Shown piece by piece: positions 36,050-46,748 of a DNA stretch of 64,000 nucleotides. Position numbers and translations under genes: made by a program. How positions within the stretch are numbered: the stretch's first letter is position 1; every line of letters starts with the position of its first letter. The notes beneath the pieces were generated by a model. The model was not told where the DNA came from and did not search any database. It worked only from the letters and a program-made list of their open reading frames with translations. Source of the DNA: Gemmatimonadota bacterium (lineage in GTDB: Bacteria; Gemmatimonadota; Gemmatimonadetes; Gemmatimonadales; GWC2-71-9); the NCBI GenBank assembly GCA_039586895.1, contig JBDHJM010000020.1, forward strand, positions 8,011 to 72,010, written 5' to 3'.

Positions 36050-36988
36050 CTAGTAAACGTCGAGATCCCTACCGTATCTCACGTCACCGCCCCACCCGGA
36101 GGCGACTTCGCCAAGCAAGTCTTCGGGGGTGGTGCCCCACAGGAGCTGGTGGTACAGCACCAGCATGCCGGGGCGGGCCCGCGTCGCCAGCTCGGCGAGC
36201 TCGAGTGAGGATGTGTGAAACTGCGAGTGGTAGGCTTGCCACACCGGCTCGCGGCGGTCGAAGCCGGCCTGCGAGTAGACCTCGTGAACCAGCACGTCGC
36301 ACCCGGCACACTGCTCAACGACGCTCTCGCTCGGCGCGGCGTCACCCGACACCACGACCACCCTGTCGGCGGTTTCGAACCGGTAGCCGTAGGCGGCTGC
36401 GAAGGAGCCGTGGCGCACTGGAAAAGCGCTCACCCGTACCCGACCGTCCTGATATACGACTCCGGGCTCGACATCGTGTGCCTCCACCCGGTAGCCTGAC
36501 GCGTTCGCGGGCTCCAGCCCGTCCACCCGGACCCTGATGTCCTGCTCGTACGCCGCCAGCAGATGCTCGGCCATGGCGGACGTCCCCGGCGGTCCGTACA
36601 GCGCGAGCGGCCGCTCGCGTTCCAGCACCCACGGTGTGAAGATGAGATCGGCGAGTCCGGTCGTGTGATCGCTGTGCAGGTGCGTGAGGAAGGCGACCGC
36701 CAGGTTGGGAGCGTCGAGGGCTGCCACTCCCCGGTCCCGCGCCGCGTGGGCGCGGCGCACCACCCCCGGCCCCGCATCGACCACGTAAGGCACGCCGTCC
36801 ACCACGATCGCGAGGGCTGTTCCCGAGCGGTCCGGCTCGGCGTTGGGCGTTCCGGTGCCCAGCAGGACCACGTGAGTGCCGCTGTCCGTGTAGCGTGCGG
36901 CCGGCACGCTACCGCCGTCTCCCGTGCCGCATGCTGCCAGCAGCAGCAGCGCCGCGAGCTCAGCGAGTCTTGGCGTAGACGAACACAT
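36050..36988 (-). CDS. MBL-fold metallo-hydrolase lipoprotein
   Basis: Internal ATG at 36988 gives MCSSTPRLAELAALLLLAACG (lipobox). The beta-lactamase-fold motif is THLHSDHTTG. The start overlaps the GNAT stop by 29 nt; the ORF extends to 37093. Confidence 0.8.
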   Translation of the reverse strand: MCSSTPRLAELAALLLLAACGTGDGGSVPAARYTDSGTHVVLLGTGTPNAEPDRSGTALAIVVDGVPYVVDAGPGVVRRAHAARDRGVAALDAPNLAVAFLTHLHSDHTTGLADLIFTPWVLERERPLALYGPPGTSAMAEHLLAAYEQDIRVRVDGLEPANASGYRVEAHDVEPGVVYQDGRVRVSAFPVRHGSFAAAYGYRFETADRVVVVSGDAAPSESVVEQCAGCDVLVHEVYSQAGFDRREPVWQAYHSQFHTSSLELAELATRARPGMLVLYHQLLWGTTPEDLLGEVASGWGGDVRYGRDLDVY

Positions 36989-37484
36989 CCTGGGGCTCCT
37001 CCGCGATGTTGGGAAACAGCATGTAGCGGCGCAGCACCCCCTCACGCAGCATGCCGCTCTTCTCCATGACCCGCGCGGACGCGCCGTTGTCAACGTGGCA
37101 CATGGCCTGGACCCGGTGCACGCCCGGAAGCGCGAGTCCGAAGTCGACCACGGAGCGCACGGCTTCGGTTCCGTAGCCCAGCCCCCATTGCGGCCGGGCG
37201 ATCGTGAACCCGAACTCGGCCCACGGGACCTTCACACGCAGGTGCATCGCTCCGATCAGGACCCCGCTCTCCCGCAGCGTCATGATCCAGGGATAACCAT
37301 CCTGCGTGTGGGTCTCGAAGTGCTTCAGGAACCTGTGTGTGTCCTCGATGGTCTCGTGCGGCCTCCAGATCACGAACCGCGCGACCTCGGCGTCGGTGGC
37401 ATACGCCTCGAAGATGGCCCCCGCGTCATCGGAACTCGGAGGCCGCAGCACAAGCCGGTCGGTCGTGAGCGTGGCCAGGGGCAT
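36960..37484 (-). CDS. GNAT-family N-acetyltransferase (RimJ/RimL-like)
   Basis: TDRLVLRP...D....F....D.EV..F..W; QWGLGYGTEAVRSVVDFG; V.ANN.ASARVMEKSGM..EG pattern. Confidence 0.85.
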   Translation of the reverse strand: MPLATLTTDRLVLRPPSSDDAGAIFEAYATDAEVARFVIWRPHETIEDTHRFLKHFETHTQDGYPWIMTLRESGVLIGAMHLRVKVPWAEFGFTIARPQWGLGYGTEAVRSVVDFGLALPGVHRVQAMCHVDNGASARVMEKSGMLREGVLRRYMLFPNIAEEPQDVFVYAKTR

Positions 37485-37508
37485 CGCGCTGCGGCAGGCC
37501 CTCGGGGC

Positions 37509-38045
37509 CTACTGCGGAGAGGGTATCGTGCCCGGGACGGCGCGGAAGCTCCCCTGGAGGGAGAGGTCCTCGGCCGTCACGTCGCCCGAGAGGATGAACT
37601 CGGTGACCGTGAGGCTGAACGACCCGGTCATCTGCTCGGCGGTGGACGTCTCGATGGTCAGTGTGCCGCTCACCGATACGTAGAGCCCTAGGTCGAACAG
37701 GGTGACCTGATGCAGGTAGATGCCGGAGAAGTCGTCTGCCGTGCAGTCCGTGCAGTTGACGTCCACGATCTCGTACTCGCCGGCGGCGGGGCGCGTCGTG
37801 TTGTCCCGTGCGATCATGACGAAGTCCGAGTTGTTCTGCCCGACCTGGCCGCTCACCAGCGCGATGCCGAAGCCCTCGAAATCCTGCCCCTCGGTGCCGA
37901 ACTGAGCGGTGCCCGTCAGGCTGAGGGAGAGGTCTCCCGACACGGTGGCCTGGAACGAACCTTGATCGGGCGGATCCGTGCTGCTGCCGCTGCACGCCGC
38001 TACGGCAGCCACGGCTGCCGGCAATGCCAGTCGCAGGAGCCTCAT
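37509..38045 (-). CDS. Lipoprotein, unknown function
   Basis: MRLLRLALPAAVAAVAACSGS (lipobox). Beta-rich, acidic. No family recognised. Confidence 0.6.
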   Translation of the reverse strand: MRLLRLALPAAVAAVAACSGSSTDPPDQGSFQATVSGDLSLSLTGTAQFGTEGQDFEGFGIALVSGQVGQNNSDFVMIARDNTTRPAAGEYEIVDVNCTDCTADDFSGIYLHQVTLFDLGLYVSVSGTLTIETSTAEQMTGSFSLTVTEFILSGDVTAEDLSLQGSFRAVPGTIPSPQ

Positions 38046-38073
38046 GATCGTCTCCCCCTCATCGCGTCACGCA

Positions 38074-38835
38074 TCACTTCTTCAGGAACTGCCCCACGGC
38101 CTGCTTGAAGTCGGGCGTGCTCCGAGCCACGGCGTTCACCTTGGCACCCAGAGCGATGGCTTCCTCGAACTCGCGGCCGTCGATCTCGTACAGCTGCCGC
38201 TTGATGAGGCCGAGTGCCGACGCGCTGGCGCCCGCCAGCTCACTCACGAGGGCACGGGCATCGTCGTCGAACGAGTCGGCAGGATACACCCGCGCCACCA
38301 GCCCCAGCTGTCGTGCCTCTTCTGCGGAAAGCAGCTTGCCGGTTGCAACCAGGTCGAAGGCGGTCTTCTCGCCCACGGCACGCCTCAGCATGGCCATCAC
38401 CATGGCCGGAACGAAACCGCGCCGCACCTCAGGGTAGCCGAAGGTTGCCTGCTCGTGTGCCAGCACCAGGTCGCACGCGGTGGCGAGGCCGCACCCGCCG
38501 GCCAGCGCCCGCCCGTGCACCACCGCGACCACCGGCTTGGGCAGGGCACGCATCGCGATGAACACGCGGCCCAGCTGCATCGCGCCTGCTTCGTTCTCTG
38601 CCGGAGACTGGTCGGTCGAAGCCAGCAACTCCGCCAGGTCGGCACCGGCGCAGAAGTCCTTCCCGGCGCCGCGCAGCACCACCGCGCGCACCTCGGCATC
38701 AAGATCGGCGCGCTCCAGCTGCGCCAGCAGGGCGCCTACCATGGAAGAGTCCAGCGCGTTGCGCTTGTCCGGGCGGTCGAGCGTCAGCTCGAGCACCCCT
38801 CCCTCCAGCTCCACTTGCAGGCGTTCAGTCGACAT
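38074..38835 (-). CDS. Enoyl-CoA hydratase/isomerase (crotonase family)
   Basis: Internal ATG at 38835 (MSTERLQVELEGGVLELTLDRPDKRNAL). GAGKDFCAGADL; VHGRALAGGCGLATACDLVLA. Confidence 0.85.
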   Translation of the reverse strand: MSTERLQVELEGGVLELTLDRPDKRNALDSSMVGALLAQLERADLDAEVRAVVLRGAGKDFCAGADLAELLASTDQSPAENEAGAMQLGRVFIAMRALPKPVVAVVHGRALAGGCGLATACDLVLAHEQATFGYPEVRRGFVPAMVMAMLRRAVGEKTAFDLVATGKLLSAEEARQLGLVARVYPADSFDDDARALVSELAGASASALGLIKRQLYEIDGREFEEAIALGAKVNAVARSTPDFKQAVGQFLKK

Positions 38836-39178
38836 CGAGATCCCCCGGCACTGGAATCTCCATTCGGAGGAGGGCTGTTGAAAAGACCTTACCCTGCGCG
38901 TCGGTCTTGAGCGACAGGGTGCCGCCGCCCCCCAAGGCGCCGTGCAGCAGGAAGTTGAGCGCATTCAGGTTGGGAAGCTCGAAACGCTCAACGTTGCCCG
39001 TGATGAGGCCGCGGAAGTGGCGCTCCACTCGGGGCACCGTCACCTCCCGCTCCAGCACGGGGTAGTACTCGGGCTTGCGGGCAATGAGCCCCACGTTGGC
39101 TGTGTTGCCCTTGTCGCCGCTGCGTGCGTGGGCCAGCGACAGCAGCCTGACCCGTTTCTGACGTCGCTTCGCGCTCAT
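38825..39178 (-). CDS. Small AtuA-associated protein (DUF4387-like)
   Basis: LAHARSGDKGNTANVGLIAR...FELPNLNALNFLLHGALGGGGT.SL..D.QGK resembles the small partner (or C-terminal module) of AtuA/DUF1446 proteins. It lies immediately downstream of the DUF1446 gene. Confidence 0.7.
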   Translation of the reverse strand: MSAKRRQKRVRLLSLAHARSGDKGNTANVGLIARKPEYYPVLEREVTVPRVERHFRGLITGNVERFELPNLNALNFLLHGALGGGGTLSLKTDAQGKVFSTALLRMEIPVPGDLDVD

Positions 39179-39181
39179 CGT

Positions 39182-40549
39182 CTAGGCCTCGAAGAGCTCC
39201 ACCTGCGGCGTCACCTCCGACTTGGGAATCAGCGCGGGCCAGAAGGCGACTATCTCCTCCACCTTGGGCCGCCCCCCGGCGAATCCGGTAACGCTGGGCG
39301 GACCGTTCAGAATCAGGGGCGCCAGCTCCCGGGTGAATCGGCGTACCGGCGCAGCTTCTTGAGCGCGCACGCCCACCCGCATCTGGACCTCGGCTATATT
39401 CGGGTCCGGCTCACCTGCCAGGCGCCCGTGCGTTGCATTGACGCCCACAAACTCCGTGAGAATCTCCTCGAACTCGAGACCCAGCCTGTCGAGCCGCTCG
39501 CGCAGAATGCGGTCGGCCTTCTTCGCTTTCTTGTACGCGTCCGGCCAGGCATACACCAGCGTCCCCACAGCTTTGTACCCGTAGCGGTACGAGATCGAGA
39601 CCTTGAGCGAGTCGGTGGCGGGCCTGCCTCCCACACCGGAAACCAGCACGCGGTCCCTTGCCTCCTGCTCCAGGCTGATCGTGGTGAAGTCCACGATGCC
39701 GTCCGGCGTGATGTAGGTATGGGGGTCTCCCATCTCGTACAGCAGCTGCTCGCTCACGCTGGCCACGGTGACGCGGCCGCCAGTGCCCGGGTGCTTCGTG
39801 ACGACGAAGGTGCCGTCCGCCTGCGCCTCGACGATGGGGTAGCCGGGGTCGGCCATGTCGGGGAGGGTCTCCCACCCGACCAGGCAGTTGCCGCCGGTGC
39901 ACTGTGCCCCGCACTCGTTGATGTGACCTGCAACCGTGCCGGCCGCGATCCGGTCCCAGTCGTCGGCCGCCCAGCCGAACTCGTGCATCATCGGTCCCAG
40001 CGTGAGCCCCGTGTCCGTGACGCGGCCGGTCACAACCACGTCCGCCCCGCCACGCAGTGCCTCGACCACAGGCCAGGCGCCGAGGTAGACGTTGGCGCTC
40101 TCCACGCGGTCGCGCACCGTGGAGAGCGGCTCGCCCGTGTCCATGTTGGCCAGCCAGTGCCCGCGATCTTCCAGCTCGTCCAGCCGGTCCATGATGTCGT
40201 CGCCGGTGACCACGCCGACCTTGAGCTTGCCGCCCAGGCCCTGCCGCTGAGCGGCCTCGACCAGCGCCTCGGCGCAGGCACAGGGGTTCACGCCGCCTGC
40301 GTTGGACGTCACCTTGATGCCCTTCTGCGCCAGGGTCGGCAGCAGGTGCTCCATCAGGGGAATGAAGTCCTTGGCGTATCCCACCGCGGGGTCGCGCGCG
40401 CGCTGCTTCTGCATGATGGACATGGTGACTTCCGCCAGGTAGTCCATCATCAGATAGTCGATGGGCCCGCCCTCCACCTGGCGGCTCGGGGCCTCGAGCC
40501 AGTCGCCCCAGAACCCCTGCCCCGAGGCGATGCGGACGACGCGTGTCAT
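39182..40549 (-). CDS. AtuA-family protein (DUF1446, acyclic-terpene-utilisation protein A-like)
   Basis: Internal ATG at 40549 ([17 protein letters not shown]...[15 protein letters not shown]...). [39 protein letters not shown] are typical of DUF1446. The upstream 159 codons of the ORF are not credible. Confidence 0.8.
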   Translation of the reverse strand: MTRVVRIASGQGFWGDWLEAPSRQVEGGPIDYLMMDYLAEVTMSIMQKQRARDPAVGYAKDFIPLMEHLLPTLAQKGIKVTSNAGGVNPCACAEALVEAAQRQGLGGKLKVGVVTGDDIMDRLDELEDRGHWLANMDTGEPLSTVRDRVESANVYLGAWPVVEALRGGADVVVTGRVTDTGLTLGPMMHEFGWAADDWDRIAAGTVAGHINECGAQCTGGNCLVGWETLPDMADPGYPIVEAQADGTFVVTKHPGTGGRVTVASVSEQLLYEMGDPHTYITPDGIVDFTTISLEQEARDRVLVSGVGGRPATDSLKVSISYRYGYKAVGTLVYAWPDAYKKAKKADRILRERLDRLGLEFEEILTEFVGVNATHGRLAGEPDPNIAEVQMRVGVRAQEAAPVRRFTRELAPLILNGPPSVTGFAGGRPKVEEIVAFWPALIPKSEVTPQVELFEA

Positions 40550-40566
40550 GGCCGCGCTACCATCGC

Positions 40567-43424
40567 TCAGTTCCCCACCGGGCCGCGGCGCACTGCAGCC
40601 GGTCCCGTCGCGGGCTCTGCCGTCACCGCCACGTAGGGGTCGGTCCCGTCCGGCAGCTCCACATCCGCCGGGATGGCCTCGAACTGCAGTCCCACGGTGC
40701 CCGCGGGCGCCAGGGTAATCTCGCGCGCAGTACTGTCTCCCAGCGCCCGCAGCGGACGCGGCTCCATTCCGAGATAGGTGATCCGCACCTCGACGCTCCA
40801 ATCCGTGCCCGGGTCGCCGAGCGCGAACGCCGGATACAGCTCGAGCTCCAAAGGTGCTCCGGCCAGGGCCGAGTCGAGGTCGGCGGTGAGGCGCCCAAAC
40901 GCGTAATTGAGGGGCCCGTCCACCACGAGGCGGCCTGCCGAATCGAACACCGTGACGCCGAAGTCGGTGAGCTGGTGCCAGAGTTCGGCGGGAACCGACA
41001 CGTCCACCAGCATCTGCTTGGCCCACTTCGGCGCGGTGGTCCGCACCAACTGCGGTGCCAGGCCGAATCCGGCGACCCGTGCTGCGGTCGTGGCGCCGAC
41101 GAGCTCGGCCTTCACGAGTGCGGTGGCCGTGCCCGTCCCGGTCGCGCGGAACATGGCCGAGGGACCCGTGCCCACCGATGCTACGCTCACCGTCGGGAGG
41201 GCGGCGCCGAGCTCGTAGCTCACGGCCTCGAGCGGCGGCGCGACGACCACGGCCTCATATACTCCCGGCACGAGGTCGTCTCCCGAAACCACTATGCTGG
41301 CTGCCCCACCCTCGCTGCCGCCGGCCGTGGCCGCGCTGCCTCCCCTGTGCGGCTGCCCGTTGGGCTCGAACAGGTGGAGCGTAGCTTCCTGCCCGTACTG
41401 CCGCACGCCGAGCTCCAGTGCCAGTCCGCCGCTCCCCTCGGGAACCTCGATGAAGTAGCGGGCGAGCGCGCCGGGCGTGAGCAGTCCGCGCACGTTCAGC
41501 GGCGCAGCCAGGGCGTGCGGCACGATCACGGTGTTGGTCAGTCCGAAGGACGGGCCGGCCAGAGTGTCGCTCGCGGGACGCGCCCACACGGTGCCGACGT
41601 ATACCCCCGGGTCGGTGAGCTGTGATGCGTCGTACGTGAGTCCGATGGTGACCGGTCCTCCACCAGGCTCGACTACCCGGGGCGCACGCAGCCAGGGAGC
41701 GTCGGAGCCGAGAACCAGCCGCGCCGCCGGCTGTCCTCCAACAGAAGTCACCACGAAGTGCTGCACGGTGTCGCCGGGTGCTGCGAGGCCGGCACGCCGA
41801 AATGCGGCTGCCCCGATTGACGAGTTGCCTCCGTCCGGCAGTGCCTGCACATGGTACACGCCGGCCTGGTGCGCCGCCTGGAGCCACAGGAACGCCGCCG
41901 TCACGTTGGGCACGCCCGCACCCTGATCGAGCACGGTCATTCCACCCATGGGCTGTGCAGTCGCAGTCAGCGCGCGCTTCAGGTCTATGGCCCGCACCTG
42001 GGTGCCGGCCCGCGCCATGCCGCTGAGCAGCAGTGCGGCTGCGCCCGACACCTGCGGCGCGGCCATGCTCGTGCCGCCCGATATCTCTTCGCCCGTCTGC
42101 CACCGCGGCACATTGGAGAATGCCACTCCGGGGGCGCACACGTCAGGTTTGTCGACCTCGCCGCCGCGCGCGCTCCACCAGCCCAGCACATCGGGGGCCG
42201 GGGGCACTCCCGGCTGCGGCGGCTCCGCGAACACTCCAGGGAACAGCGCGCACACCGCCAGCGCGAAGGGTGCCGAGCCGGGGAATCCGAGGCTCGAGAG
42301 ACCCGGTCCGTCGTTCCCGACGCTGACAACGAACAGCACGTCGGGATTGCGGAGCGCGAAGTCGTTGACCACTGAGTCGATGGCGGCGGCTCCTTCGCGG
42401 CCGTTACCCACTCCGAAGCTCAGGTTGAGCACGAGCGGCAGGCTGCGCCGCCGGGCGAAGTCGGCGGCGTAGTGCATGGCCCTGACCATCGCGCCCGAGA
42501 CGGACATACCGCCGCGCGTGTTGTTGGCGATCTTGAGCCCGATCAGATAGGCGCCTGGTGCCACCCCGTCGAAGCCCTCGACGCCGAACATGTTGTGGCC
42601 CGCAGCGATGCCCGCGACGTGGGTGCCGTGGCCCGAGTTGTCCATGAACAGGTCGAGCACCGGGGTGCCGTCGGCCTGCGAGAAGTTGACCGCGATGGTC
42701 ATGGGCCCGGGCTTCCCGCTGGGAGCGGCGTAGGAAAACGTCTCCGCCGCCACCTGGAAGTCGTGGATCGGGCGCTCGTCGTCCAGGGCACCGTCCCCGT
42801 CAGTATCGGTCACCACCACCCAACCGTTGCTGGCACGGCCCACTACCAGCGGGAACTGGTCGGTGATGCTCCCGTTGCCGTTGAGGTCGGCGGCCGGAGC
42901 CGCGCCGAGGCGTATCTCGCGAAACACCCCACCGTAGTAGGGCCCCGCGGCGATGCGCGCGACGCGACCGAACCCACTCAGCACGTGGCCCTCTACGTCC
43001 ACCACGCCGTCGAAGCTCGGCTCGACCGGCGCTAGCGACACCCGGCCCTCGGCTGAGAAATCCCGCAAGTCGAGGATCTTGCGCCGCCCGTTGGTGGTGG
43101 AGCGCAATCCCGGCAGTGCGGGGTCGATCCCGCTGTCGAGAATCGCAATGACGACGCCGCGCCCGTCCGCCCCGGGGCGCACCACCCGGAACGAGTCCGC
43201 CCCCAGCGAGCGCAGCGGCATCAGGCCCGCGAGCATCGCGTAGCGCGGGGGCAGGACCGGCTCCGCCGGGGACCCCGCCGCCGCCACGTCGGTCTGATCC
43301 GCCGCCGTGGCCGGCGCCTGGCTGACGGGCTGCACCGCGGTCTCCTGAGGTGTGGAGCTGGCACACGCCGCCGCAGCGGCGGCCAGCATCAACGGCACCA
43401 GCCGACGCTTGGGGTGTCCTGAAA

Positions 43425-43428
<4 letters not shown>
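40567..43428 (-). CDS. S8 (subtilisin-family) serine peptidase lipoprotein, large multi-domain
   Basis: GTGA overlap with the upstream gene. Lipobox [11 protein letters not shown]. Catalytic triad motifs: [10 protein letters not shown] (Asp), [12 protein letters not shown] (His), [17 protein letters not shown] (Ser). Long beta-rich C-terminal extension. Confidence 0.9.
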
Positions 43429-45043
<1,615 letters not shown>

Positions 45044-45047
<4 letters not shown>

Positions 45048-45460
45048 GGACCGCGACTCTCGGACCACGCGGCGATGTAGTCCACTATATCCTTGGTCGA
45101 TGTGCCGGGCCCGAACAGCTTGGCCACCCCCTCGCCCTCCAGCCGCTCGATGTCCTCTTCGGGAATGATGCCGCCGCCGATCAGGAGTACGTCCTCGCGC
45201 CCGGCTTCCAGAAGGAGTTCGCGCACGCGGGGGAAGAGAGTGAGGTGCGCGCCGGAGAGAATGGAGAGTCCCACCACGTCGACGTCTTCCTGCACGGCAG
45301 CCGTGGCGATCATCTCGGGTGTCTGATGCAACCCGGTGTAGATGACCTCCATGCCGGCGTCCCGGAGTCCGGCGGCCACGACTTTCGCGCCGCGATCATG
45401 GCCGTCCAGCCCCGGCTTGCCGACTAGAATGCGGACGGGCCTGTCGGTTCGCTTCGACAT
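45044..45460 (-). CDS. Methylmalonyl-CoA mutase small subunit (cobalamin-binding domain)
   Basis: [20 protein letters not shown] (the DxHxxG B12 His-ligand motif), SILSGAH and GGGIIP are the canonical B12-binding domain motifs. Confidence 0.9.
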
Positions 45461-45518
45461 GGTGCGCGGAACCTACCTTGCCTCGAGAGAGGAGACAAGC
45501 ACCGCCCGCCGCAGTGCC

Positions 45519-46748
45519 CTAACGCGTGCGGAACCGCAGCAGGGCCGCCAATCCTTCCACTCTGCTCCGTGCATCCCCATCCTCCACGACCTCGACGTGA
45601 CATCCCTGCCGCAGCGCATCCTCGATTGCCTCGTCCACCACGTCGGGTACCGGTTCGAACGCGGTCTCCGGGTCGCATCCACCCGATTCGACCGTGAGCC
45701 GTGCCGTGTGAGCGCAGCGGAATCCACCCTGCTCCACCGTCGGATCCACTAGGAGCGTGCGGACCTGCCCCTGGCCCAGCGCCCGCAGCACCGACTCGAC
45801 TCCGTTCACCGCCCACCCGCTGCCCAGCTTCTCCTGCAGCGAAGCGACGCGCTCTGCCTCCCACACGCGCTCCATGTCGCGACGCACGGCCAGAACGGCG
45901 TCCATCACCTCCGCAGGCGTCACCGTCTTCGGGTTCAGCTTGGCGGTGCCGAGAAGCTCGTTCGCCAGATACGGATGGAGGTGCGGCTCCACCGCGTCGG
46001 CGTCGGCCCCTGTACCGGCAAGCACTATGCCCCGGACCGGCTGCTCGCGCGACACATCGAACAGGCGCTGCGCGATCTGCGCATAGTGCCTGTGCTTTTC
46101 CTCGCGGATGCGTTGATGGAACTTGTGCTCGCCGGCCGCGCCGCCTCCCCGGAACCGTCCCGGCCGGGTCGTGTCGCCCGCAGCGAGGCTCGCGAGCTCC
46201 TCGATGCCGTAGGCCGTGACCCGGAAGAAGCGGGCGCCGGTGCGGTCGTAGGCCGCGCACAGCACCAGCCCGAACTCGTCGTTGAGCGCGGCCGCCTCGC
46301 GTATCAGGGCGCTGTGGTCCACAGACAGCCGGGATCGGAACACGCGCGGCAGCGTTATCGCCTCGAACAGGCCGAGCGGCTCGCATGCAAACAGGGCGAT
46401 TCCCGCCCCCGTCGAGACGTTCCCCGGGTGCTCCAGGTACTCGCGGATGCGCGTGAGGTCGCCGTCCACCACTTCGCGCTCGGCGCGGGACGCGCCCCGC
46501 GCCTCGAACCACGCCATGCGGTCCTTGATCCGGTTCTTAAGCTTGATCAGGTACTTGCCGCGGCTCCGGTCGCGTGGCTCCAGCTTCAGGTAGCAGGACA
46601 CCACCCAGTGCTCCGTGGCCCCGAGCTCGGCCAGCCAGTCCACGATGGGCTGCAGCGCGGGCGCCTCACCGGGCCCGGATGCGGGGAAACCCGCGCCTTT
46701 GCGCGCGGAGCTGGTCGATCTAGAAGAAGATGGGTTCGCGGTATGCAC
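45519..46748 (-). CDS. eRF1/Pelota-like protein (bacterial archaeo-eukaryotic release-factor-like), GGQ position reads GGG
   Basis: Central region: FGLVLCAAYDRTGARFF...GRFRGGGAAGEHKFHQRIREEKHRHYAQIAQRL...VRGIVLAGTG. eRF1 has FGFIVMDGSGALF...[28 protein letters not shown]...VAGLVLAGSA. C-terminal region: GWAVNGVESVLRALGQGQVRTLLV...GCHVEVVED...VEGLAALLRF. eRF1 has GVEDTLKALEMGAVEILIV...GATLEIVTD...GGIGGILRY. The chosen start is GTG 46748, preceded by AGGAGG; the ORF extends to 46763. Confidence 0.7.
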   Translation of the reverse strand: MHTANPSSSRSTSSARKGAGFPASGPGEAPALQPIVDWLAELGATEHWVVSCYLKLEPRDRSRGKYLIKLKNRIKDRMAWFEARGASRAEREVVDGDLTRIREYLEHPGNVSTGAGIALFACEPLGLFEAITLPRVFRSRLSVDHSALIREAAALNDEFGLVLCAAYDRTGARFFRVTAYGIEELASLAAGDTTRPGRFRGGGAAGEHKFHQRIREEKHRHYAQIAQRLFDVSREQPVRGIVLAGTGADADAVEPHLHPYLANELLGTAKLNPKTVTPAEVMDAVLAVRRDMERVWEAERVASLQEKLGSGWAVNGVESVLRALGQGQVRTLLVDPTVEQGGFRCAHTARLTVESGGCDPETAFEPVPDVVDEAIEDALRQGCHVEVVEDGDARSRVEGLAALLRFRTR

